From: an uncultured Opitutales bacterium | Lineage (GTDB): Bacteria; Verrucomicrobiota; Verrucomicrobiia; Opitutales; JABDGR01 | Length of the DNA: 38,340 nucleotides | Reading direction: 5' to 3' | NCBI GenBank assembly: GCA_964499725.1 | Contig: CAZCMU010000002.1 | Coordinates: 1 to 38,340, forward strand | Shown: one piece after another, positions 1 to 7,283 of the stretch | Position numbering within the stretch: the first letter of the stretch is position 1 | Layout of the letters: the number at the start of each line of letters is the position of its first letter | Program-made: the position numbers and the translations under genes | Notes under the pieces: generated by a model | The model's database searches: none | What the model saw: the letters and a program-made list of their open reading frames with translations, nothing else | What the model was told of the DNA's origin: nothing

Positions 1-832
1 TCAGGTTGGCTGGTTCGTCCTTGCCGGGCAGCGGTTCGGCGTAAAAGCAGAAGACTTGGTTGCCGACGATGGCGGCTTTCGTCGTCGGGGTCGTTTGGTA
101 GCGCGCCGCGGCGACGCGCACGCCGTCCACAAAGAGTTTGCGTGCGAGGTCATCCGGGGTGAGGTCGGCGGACCGGCGCGCCCCGGCATTGTTCTGCGCG
201 TCGTAACAACTACCGCGCAATGCCCATGCGCCCTCGCCAAAGAGCACGCGGTTGGGCCGCACGCCCGAGGCGTCGGCCGCGCTAATCAGCGCCGTGCGAA
301 TATCCGCATCGGGATTGGCCACGGTGCCGTCTTCCGGCCAGGTGACACTGCTGACGCTCGCGCCGGCCTGGATGGCCGCAAATGCGCGCCGCACTTCGTT
401 GCGCAGCAGGCGTGTGAGCAGCAACTGCACATACCGCTCCTGCCAGTCGTCGCCAATGGCTTCATCGTGATCAATGCGGATGGTCAGCCCCTTGTTCAGC
501 GTCTTGCCGAGCACGGAATCGCCGGTGTACTCGATGCGCTTGAACGGCGAGCCAATGGCGCGCACGTCGTCGCTCTCGGAGAAAAACGCCTCGGCATTGT
601 CGTGGCGTTTGAATTCAAACCGGCGCCCGGCGGCCACCGGCGGCGACAGGAAGTCCAGCAACGCCTGGAGATTTTCCGGGTCGCGCCAGCCGACGGTGAA
701 AGCCGTCAACGGCTCAGAATATGTGGCGGCGGTGAAGCGCGCCTCGTTGGCGGCGCAGACCACTTGCGAAGGGTTGCGCCCGGTATCAGTGGGCAGTGAT
801 GGTGCCACGATGGGTGGGAGGAGTTCGTTCAT
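1..832 (-). CDS. Phage major capsid protein, HK97-fold / lambda gpE-like position (3' partial, runs off the window)
   Basis: Absent from the supplied track because it has no in-window stop. My translation of the minus strand from ATG at 832-830 is open down to position 2: MNELLPPIVAPSLPTDTGRNPSQVVCAANEARF...FKRIEYTGDSVLGKTLNKGLTIRIDHDE...NQVFCFYAEPLPGKDEPANL. Coordinates were cross-checked against the stop of + ORF 474..857. It sits directly downstream of a DUF2190-like gene, as gpD/gpE do in lambda-type head modules. The plus-strand ORF 56..799 is its antisense shadow. Confidence 0.6.
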   Translation of the reverse strand, partial: MNELLPPIVAPSLPTDTGRNPSQVVCAANEARFTAATYSEPLTAFTVGWRDPENLQALLDFLSPPVAAGRRFEFKRHDNAEAFFSESDDVRAIGSPFKRIEYTGDSVLGKTLNKGLTIRIDHDEAIGDDWQERYVQLLLTRLLRNEVRRAFAAIQAGASVSSVTWPEDGTVANPDADIRTALISAADASGVRPNRVLFGEGAWALRGSCYDAQNNAGARRSADLTPDDLARKLFVDGVRVAAARYQTTPTTKAAIVGNQVFCFYAEPLPGKDEPANL

Positions 833-882
833 TGTTGTTTTTGGTTTCGGGTTTTGAGTTTCGGGTTCTGATCGGTTCAGTG

Positions 883-1557
883 CTAGCTCGTGAGCACTTT
901 AACCAGTGTCGGCGAAGAATCTGCGCCGGTGAGCGCGAGAAAATCTCCTGCCAGTGTAGCCACCGCAGTTTGTAGCGCCTGCACTTGCGCCTGCGTCGGT
1001 GTCGAGCTAAAGGTCAGCGCGTTGATGGTGGCAACGGTTGTCGTCGGCTTGGCGAGAACAATGAGTTTCACCGGAACACAGGTTTCGGCCTCAATGAGGT
1101 CACCCGCCGCAGTCGCGGCAGTCAGGGCGCGGCCAATGAGGTAATACGTGCCGACTGTGGTGGGTTCGGCTTGGACTTCGCCATTCGCCGCGGTGTAGAG
1201 GTAAGACTCCGCCGTCAGCGCGCCATTGGCCGTCACCAAGACAGACTGCGGACTGACTCCGGGAATTTTTAATGCGACCGGATCGCCCACGGCGGCTTCA
1301 TCGGTGGCAATGCCAATCGGACAATCGCCCACCCCGCAGACATCAATCTGGCCGGCCGTGGCGTCGGCTTTGGCCAAGAGATATTTCGAGGTGAAATTGG
1401 ACGCCGCCGTGACGGTGACATAACCGGCGTGGGTGCCCTGGGCGATGTTAGAGAATACCGGCCGCTGGACGAATAACCGGCTGGGCCGGAGGAGGAACGA
1501 GCCATGGGCCGCAACGAGCGCGCCCAAGACCCGGAATCGGAATAATGACGGAATCAT
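883..1557 (-). CDS. DUF2190-like phage head decoration/cement-type protein with a ~60-aa C-terminal extension
   Basis: 224-aa ORF with ATG at 1557. The core (...GYVTVTAASNFTSKYLLAKADATAGQIDVCGVGDCPIGIATDEAAVGDPVALKIPG...YYLIGRALTAATAAGDLIEAE) resembles the small beta-rich DUF2190 proteins found between protease and capsid genes. The N-terminal ~35 aa are atypical, so the true start is uncertain (TTG at 1527 is possible). Confidence 0.5.
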   Translation of the reverse strand: MIPSLFRFRVLGALVAAHGSFLLRPSRLFVQRPVFSNIAQGTHAGYVTVTAASNFTSKYLLAKADATAGQIDVCGVGDCPIGIATDEAAVGDPVALKIPGVSPQSVLVTANGALTAESYLYTAANGEVQAEPTTVGTYYLIGRALTAATAAGDLIEAETCVPVKLIVLAKPTTTVATINALTFSSTPTQAQVQALQTAVATLAGDFLALTGADSSPTLVKVLTS

Positions 1558-1609
1558 GTTTTTATTGGGTTGGAGGTGGATGGAGTCGGGTTAAAAAATG
1601 ACGGATGAA

Positions 1610-2731
1610 TCAGGCTCGAAATAATTCTGCATGGTCGCGTTTGGCGCGGGCGAACGCTGTCGCGTAATCCTCGCCGGTGCGTGCGATGCGTTCGTTCACC
1701 AAGGCCAGCAGGCGCTCACTGTCCGCTTGGCGCATGGCGACCGGGCGGCGTGATGCCAGACGGCTGGTCAACGGCGCTGCTTCTGCCGGAGGCAACACGC
1801 CTAGTGGCTGCGCTCCGATACCAAACAATGGCGACCGGGCGTTAGCCAGGGCCGGTCGTGTGCCATCAAAGTCCGATTGCAATTGTTCGCGCCAGCGCGT
1901 GCGCTCAGCCGGTGGGATGCACCCACGGAGTTCGGCGAGGTCCAGCATCAATTCAACGCGTGCGGAGCGTTCCTCGTCCGCGCGTTGTTCAGCAGCTTGG
2001 CGGGCAGTATCGGCATCAGTGGCAAGGCGGTAAAAGCGGGCCGCTTCCGCTTGCGCCGAACGCGTCTCGCTCGCTGCCTGGGCCAGTTGCTCAACATTGG
2101 CGAGCAATACTTCCGGCGCGGCATTTGGGTCCAATTCCAGGGCATTAAGCAACTTGGGTAAAATCTCCTCGCGCGTAACCTGAACTAAAATAGAGGTTGC
2201 CACGCCTGGCTTTTGATTCGCAATGGCCTCGCCGGGTATGTTGGGGTTGTTGGTTAGACCCACCGAGAGCAAGCGCACTGGTTCAAAGGTGCCATCGCCC
2301 AAGGGGCGCATTTGCCAGCGGGGGGAAAGAAACTTGTAAAACGCATGTTGGAGCATTTCGCGACCTGGCTCGCTCCAGCGCGGATGGATGTACAAGCCGT
2401 CGTCACGCGCCTGAAGCGAGGTGATCCAAGCGTAAGCGCGGGTATCATCGTGGCCGGACTGGCCGGCGAATGCCGGGTCGTCCGGGTGGCCAACATAAAG
2501 CGGCACGCCGCCAAAACGCCGCCGCAATCGCCCCCAAAGCGACTGAAAGCCCCGCACCATAGTGGCGGCGGATGAGGGCGTGAAGCGCTGCAACCCGGAT
2601 GGGTGCGGCCAATCGCCATAATCGGCCAGTTTTAGCCACTGGCCCGGTGCAGGTTGGTCAACAAGTACGTTGGCCGCACCCAAAACCAAGGGACCGTCAC
2701 CGGATTCAACGGGAGGGAATTCTTCAGGCAT
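1610..2731 (-). CDS. Mu gpI-like prohead protease with C-terminal scaffold-like coiled-coil region
   Basis: 373 aa. The N-terminal half has Mu-like prophage I protein hallmarks (...PLYVGHPDD..., ...AFYKFLSPRW..., ...VGLTNNPNIPG). The C-terminal half is Ala/Glu/Arg-rich and helical (AQAASETRSAQAEAARFYRLATDADTARQAAEQRADEERSARVE), typical of a fused or nested scaffold. Confidence 0.75.
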   Translation of the reverse strand: MPEEFPPVESGDGPLVLGAANVLVDQPAPGQWLKLADYGDWPHPSGLQRFTPSSAATMVRGFQSLWGRLRRRFGGVPLYVGHPDDPAFAGQSGHDDTRAYAWITSLQARDDGLYIHPRWSEPGREMLQHAFYKFLSPRWQMRPLGDGTFEPVRLLSVGLTNNPNIPGEAIANQKPGVATSILVQVTREEILPKLLNALELDPNAAPEVLLANVEQLAQAASETRSAQAEAARFYRLATDADTARQAAEQRADEERSARVELMLDLAELRGCIPPAERTRWREQLQSDFDGTRPALANARSPLFGIGAQPLGVLPPAEAAPLTSRLASRRPVAMRQADSERLLALVNERIARTGEDYATAFARAKRDHAELFRA

Positions 2732-2742
2732 AAAAAAGATGT

Positions 2743-4053
2743 TTATGATTTAAGGGAAAGGGTTTGCACGCCCGGCTCGGGAGTAGGCAGGCCGAGGCGT
2801 TCATGCAACCCGGCCACACTCACCGGCGCACCTAACTTCACCAGCCGTTCCAGCAATTCGAGATGAGTCAAGCGGGCCGCGTCCTGATCCGGCTTAAGGA
2901 CGAAGCGCGCACGCGGCCGTTCGTCGCCGAACAATTCCCGGATCACAAATGCATCCACTTGCGCATTGAGCGTTTCAGAAACGACTGCCGCGTCGTCTTG
3001 CTCCAGCATCGCCATCTCGTCTGCTTGCAGCGAAGCGCCGAGACCTTGGCCCCGGGAAAGAGTTGAAAGATCCGCACCCCGCCAAAGCGCTGCCATTGCT
3101 CGATCCATACGCTCAACCAGCGGAGGATAGGGCAGTTCGCCCTTGCTGGATAAATCCACCGGTGTGATTTCAGTGCCCCGAGACATCAGCGCTTGAAACT
3201 CGGCGCCAAAATCGCGCACCGCCTCGCGCGCTGCGTCCCATTCTGGACTTCCTGGCGAGGCGTCGGTCACACCACGCACGCCCGGCATGCCGTTGCGCTC
3301 GCAGTACACCAGCCAATCGCGCAACGGCAGATGCTTAAACAAATAGGCGATGGAACAACTCTCCATCAAGCCATCTGCGGCGGTGACCAGCCACTGCCCG
3401 GGACGCAGATCAATACCCTCATAGGCAATTTCATCTGGCAAAAACCGCAATGGGCCGGTTCGCGCCTCAAAAAACCACAACGGCGCAAAACGAAAAGTGG
3501 CCGTGAGCAGAGTCCTGGGGGACTCAGCTGTGCAACCTGGATGTCCCGTTGGGCAACGCTGCCACACAATTTCATGCACGGCATATTTTTTGCCAACGGC
3601 ATCTAGCATTTGTTTAATCAACAATGCGATGCCGCCGCGCTGGTGTGGCTCACAAGCATGGGTGGCCGTCAGGTTGCTATAGAAATACTCCAACGCCTGG
3701 CGGTCGCGTAGGGCCAGTGGCGTATCGTCGAGTGTGACGACTTCCCAATCCAGCCGTGCGACTGATTTTTTTCGCTTCGCCGCTACCCCTTGCAAAACAT
3801 CATCCCGACGCTCCATGGCATCCCATAACAATGCGGCCGGCCGCAAATAGCCGAGATGAAAAGCCTCCAGCGAGCGGGCCAGCGACTCCGGTGTTAAATG
3901 GCGAATGGGGTTAAAACGCAAACGGCGGTCGCTGATGATGCGCTCACGGGTAAAATGCGCCGAGGGCGCAACGCCGGCGAGGACGGCAGGGGAGCAAGCA
4001 GTGGCGGTGGCGGAGGACATGGGCGCGGCGGGTTGCGATGTGATGCCGCGCAC
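2743..4053 (-). CDS. Phage portal protein, DUF935 / Mu gp29-like
   Basis: 436 aa. The N-terminal region (...LTPESLARSLEAFHLGYLRPAALLWDAMERRDDVLQGVAAKRKKSVARLDWEV) matches the DUF935 portal family as I recall it. The track start at 4053 is GTG. ATG at 4020 (MSSATATA...) is an equally plausible start, because an A/T tract lies at 4061-4074 only 8 nt from the GTG. Confidence 0.8.
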   Translation of the reverse strand: MRGITSQPAAPMSSATATACSPAVLAGVAPSAHFTRERIISDRRLRFNPIRHLTPESLARSLEAFHLGYLRPAALLWDAMERRDDVLQGVAAKRKKSVARLDWEVVTLDDTPLALRDRQALEYFYSNLTATHACEPHQRGGIALLIKQMLDAVGKKYAVHEIVWQRCPTGHPGCTAESPRTLLTATFRFAPLWFFEARTGPLRFLPDEIAYEGIDLRPGQWLVTAADGLMESCSIAYLFKHLPLRDWLVYCERNGMPGVRGVTDASPGSPEWDAAREAVRDFGAEFQALMSRGTEITPVDLSSKGELPYPPLVERMDRAMAALWRGADLSTLSRGQGLGASLQADEMAMLEQDDAAVVSETLNAQVDAFVIRELFGDERPRARFVLKPDQDAARLTHLELLERLVKLGAPVSVAGLHERLGLPTPEPGVQTLSLKS

Positions 4054-4085
4054 TGTACAGATAAAAAATAAAATGTGTTAGCACT

Positions 4086-4130
4086 CTGTTGGCTGCGTTG
4101 GATAGGTTGGATGGGTTTGATCGGTTGGGT
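4086..4130. repeat. Five tandem degenerate 9-bp repeats, consensus nGGTTGGAT
   Basis: Read directly: ctgttggct|gcgttggat|aggttggat|gggtttgat|cggttgggt at 4086-4130. They lie in the 170-bp non-coding gap between the stop of the 1008-aa gene (4224) and the portal start. Confidence 0.8.
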
Positions 4131-4223
4131 GAATCCACAGGAAGAATGCAGCGCTCTAGCCCGTCCGTCCTGACGTTCGACGCCAATTTACAGACCTTAG
4201 TAGACCCTCCGTTCTCTTTCGGT

Positions 4224-7200
4224 TCAGTGATTTGCTGGAGGCAAATCCGGCAAAGATGGCGCCGCCGGCATGACAGGTAGGATGGGTGCTCCAGTGGCAT
4301 CAGTCTGCATCCCGGGGATCGGCGGGCCCTCCACCGTGCGGTTCTCGAATAGGCGCAGAGGGTTCATGCTGATTTCCCACGCTGGCTTGTCAAGTTGCCC
4401 ATGCAATTTGAGGGTGATGGTGTTTACGAATGGATTGGCAATACTTGCAATTTGTTTCAGCAGAAACGCATCCCATTGTCCGATCGGAAAAATCAGGGTG
4501 TTGAAATTCAGCTCTCCGTCATTGAAATGGTAAATGCCCGCAGCTTGGATCCGCGCCGAAGGGCCGGTGACGACCAGATTGGGCAGACGCAGGTATTGCT
4601 GAGCGATTTGCAAATCGCTCACGGCACTGTGTAGGTCAAAGTCACCGAGTGGCGCCTTGGTGTCCGCCAACAATTTGGAAAGACGGCCAAACAACTGCAA
4701 TTGACCAAGCTGCGCATCATGAATGCGAACCTGGCCGGTGCTCAGCAGGGAATCCGGCTGGCCGAAATCAAACTGTCCGCCCAGAGCCAGATCGAGCAGG
4801 CCGGGATGGTCTAAACCGCTCAGCACAGAACCTTTGTCCTTCGCCACTGCTGACTTTAACGCATGGGAGCCCGAATCAGGCTGGCTGGAACTTCCAGAGT
4901 CATCAAATTGGCCAAGCGCAGTCATAAAATCAGCTTGCCGCGCATTTTGCAGGAGCACATTAAAATCCATTTGCGCTGCGCCACCCGACTGGGTGATGGT
5001 TGCTTTGCCGCTCGCAGCCCCGCCGGCAATCCCAAAATTTAGGCGCGGAATGTCCGTGATTCCGCCAACGTCAGCAATGTCAACACTTGCTCGATCAAGC
5101 GGAACATTAAAAATGCGAAATGGCGCGGAAAACTCCGCATAGACTTTGTTCGACACCGCGTCGGGCTGGGGATTAAAGGACGTGCCCGTGCGCTGATCGA
5201 CGCGGATGGTCGGTGGAACCGGGCAGTCCAGAGGCTTCACGACGTCTGCGACCTGGGTTCCGGCAATGGCTGCGACTGCAGCTAACGGCAGTGTGCTGTC
5301 AAAAAAATATCGCTGCTCAACAATGTGCCCTTCGGCTGGCTTAATGCCCCATATCATGGCCCCGGCCAAATCACCTCCGCCAGATGCATGGGCGGCGAGA
5401 TCATAAACTGCAATGTACTCCGGCCGCTGGATAACTCGGACGCGGATGCTATCTATGGGTATCCCTTGAACGTGTGGACCAGAGATTTGCGCATAAACAA
5501 ACAGGTCTTTGGCCCACCATGGACCGTCCCAATTGCCGGAAAATTCAGCGTCAGCCTGCGGCCACTGCCCCTGCGGCACAATGAATTGCCACAACGGCTG
5601 CCACCATTCGCCCATATACGGATTCAACACGGCTGGATCCAGGCTACCATGCGCCAGCAGGCGAAACTCACGCGTCCGCAAATTCTCAAAATATGAACCG
5701 TCTGCCTCCCAGGATTTATTAATCAGGGAGATTTGTGGGAGATTGAGCAAATAACCGCCGACCTGGTCGCGAGTAAGGCGGCCGTGTGCGATAATTTGAT
5801 CAAGGTTGATCTGCTGGAAGTGTGCGCCACCAACGTGGAGCGTCCAATCAAGGGAATCAAGCCGGTGCCCAGCCCCAAATGTGATTTGGCCATCAACCTG
5901 AGGCCTGTCATCGAACTTTAGCGATCCAAGCCCCGGAGGAAGACTCCAATGCCCTGCAACCAAGAAAGTGGGAACTGCCACTTGTGCAATGAAATTAATT
6001 TGCCCGTTGTGCAAATCAGGCGAGCCGCCGGACAAATCAACGTTCGCAAAACCAGACAATTTCAGCGAATCCTGCCCACGCGTGACGAACGCCGCCAAGG
6101 AAAGCTGCGGCCATTGGCGCAAATCAACATCTGCCGTGATAATATCCGTTGGAAAATCGCCCAATTTGGCGAAGGTGGCGGATACTTGGAGTCGTTTTGG
6201 TCGCCCGCTCCACAATCCAGCTGCCCCGTCTTCCGGCTCGACCCTCACCCAAACTTCCCCGCTCGAAAAAACTGCCGTTGGCAATTCTGCCGCAGTCGAT
6301 GGATTTTCCAGACGCATTGATTCTGTGCTGGCCATGATTGGCGCTGCCGCCCGTAAAGTGCGGCCGTCCCAAATGAAATTGCCCCAGCCCCTTATCTTGC
6401 CCAAAATCAGTCCATTGGCCGACAGCTTTGCGCCTGTCGCTAGAATCGTCGCACTAATTTTGGTTGACCCCGATTCCTCACCCATAGCGCTGATTTGCAA
6501 AAACGGATTACTGACTTGGACAAATTGAGGCTGGAGATTGACCGCGGCATTCGCCCATTGGCGAAAACGGGTGCCCAGCGTTGGCTTGGGCCCAATGACG
6601 GGTGGAGCAATGGCCGCAGCGGACGCTGTCTTTTCTATCGGCGGCCAGAGAAAAGTTCCATGCCCTTGAATGTCCGCATTGAGAAACTGTGCCCGCAGGT
6701 GGTCGAGCAGCCACCAACGGTGCCCTTGGCTTGCTAATGCAATATCCAGGCGCTGGATAACGGCCTCGCGCACCCCCGTAGGTGAAGACTCGGGTGGGCA
6801 AAATAAACTTGCGTTAAACAAGCGTAATTCACTAAACGCAAATTGATGGCTCCACCACAAGGCGAGCCAGTCGGGATCAATTTCGAGATAGTCTGCCTCG
6901 GCGATCGGGTCGTGCGCGCCAGTCAAATAAATCTGCGGCTCCCTCAGCAGGAGCCGGCCCGAAAGGCTGACTTCGAGGCTGCGAAATCGCACGCTCAAAC
7001 CTTGGTCCTGTAGTCGGCCTTCTAGTGCATGCCGCACAAACCCGGGCAAACTCAAGTGGTTGTCTGTCCATAGAATAACCAAGACAAATGCCTGCAAGCA
7101 GAGCAAACACACCAACGCCAGATTCAACAAAGCCCGCACCAACCGGAACCACCAAGGTGGTCGGGCGTGGGCAGACGCACGGTTGGATTCAGGCACTGGC

Positions 7201-7250
7201 ACAAAAATATTTCTCGAGCTGGCCACTGGGCGCCTCCTGGCATTGGGCAT
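4224..7250 (-). CDS. Large N-terminally membrane-anchored AsmA/YhdP/TamB-like protein (function inferred)
   Basis: 1008 aa with ATG at 7250. It has a single N-terminal TM helix (LVRALLNLALVCLLCLQAFVLVILW) and a long beta-rich body. The C-terminus (...LRLPNLVVTGPSARIQAAGIYHFNDGELNFNTLIFP...NTITLKLHGQLDKPAWEI) resembles the AsmA-like C-terminal region. The ORF is certain; the family assignment is from memory and unverified. Confidence 0.55.
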   Translation of the reverse strand: MPNARRRPVASSRNIFVPVPESNRASAHARPPWWFRLVRALLNLALVCLLCLQAFVLVILWTDNHLSLPGFVRHALEGRLQDQGLSVRFRSLEVSLSGRLLLREPQIYLTGAHDPIAEADYLEIDPDWLALWWSHQFAFSELRLFNASLFCPPESSPTGVREAVIQRLDIALASQGHRWWLLDHLRAQFLNADIQGHGTFLWPPIEKTASAAAIAPPVIGPKPTLGTRFRQWANAAVNLQPQFVQVSNPFLQISAMGEESGSTKISATILATGAKLSANGLILGKIRGWGNFIWDGRTLRAAAPIMASTESMRLENPSTAAELPTAVFSSGEVWVRVEPEDGAAGLWSGRPKRLQVSATFAKLGDFPTDIITADVDLRQWPQLSLAAFVTRGQDSLKLSGFANVDLSGGSPDLHNGQINFIAQVAVPTFLVAGHWSLPPGLGSLKFDDRPQVDGQITFGAGHRLDSLDWTLHVGGAHFQQINLDQIIAHGRLTRDQVGGYLLNLPQISLINKSWEADGSYFENLRTREFRLLAHGSLDPAVLNPYMGEWWQPLWQFIVPQGQWPQADAEFSGNWDGPWWAKDLFVYAQISGPHVQGIPIDSIRVRVIQRPEYIAVYDLAAHASGGGDLAGAMIWGIKPAEGHIVEQRYFFDSTLPLAAVAAIAGTQVADVVKPLDCPVPPTIRVDQRTGTSFNPQPDAVSNKVYAEFSAPFRIFNVPLDRASVDIADVGGITDIPRLNFGIAGGAASGKATITQSGGAAQMDFNVLLQNARQADFMTALGQFDDSGSSSQPDSGSHALKSAVAKDKGSVLSGLDHPGLLDLALGGQFDFGQPDSLLSTGQVRIHDAQLGQLQLFGRLSKLLADTKAPLGDFDLHSAVSDLQIAQQYLRLPNLVVTGPSARIQAAGIYHFNDGELNFNTLIFPIGQWDAFLLKQIASIANPFVNTITLKLHGQLDKPAWEISMNPLRLFENRTVEGPPIPGMQTDATGAPILPVMPAAPSLPDLPPANH

Positions 7251-7283
7251 GGAATGTGACCATCAAAAAAACATGGGTGCCGC

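Larger units (their letters stand above)
1..4053 (-). mobile_element. Prophage or prophage-remnant head-morphogenesis module (portal, protease/scaffold, decoration-like, major capsid); continues beyond the left edge
   Basis: Four consecutive minus-strand genes with phage head-gene identities and canonical order. Intergenic gaps are short (11, 52 and 50 nt). The upstream neighbour at 4224-7250 looks cellular, and no terminase lies upstream of the portal. Confidence 0.6.

Noticed and set aside
844-867. A 10-bp direct repeat, gtttcgggtt, at 844-853 and 858-867 between the DUF2190-like and capsid genes.
   Set aside because: It is real but short, with only two copies, and there is no evidence of function. 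It could be chance or a minor translational or regulatory element, and is not worth ranking as a finding.
4086-4139. A DnaA-box-like reading of the 9-mer array. gaatccaca at 4131-4139 matches TTATCCACA at 7 of 9 positions, and the reverse complement of the repeats is ATCCAACC.
   Set aside because: The resemblance is partial. The repeats abut each other without spacing, there is no adjacent AT-rich unwinding element of adequate size, and no dnaA/dnaN context exists. A replication origin is unlikely here.
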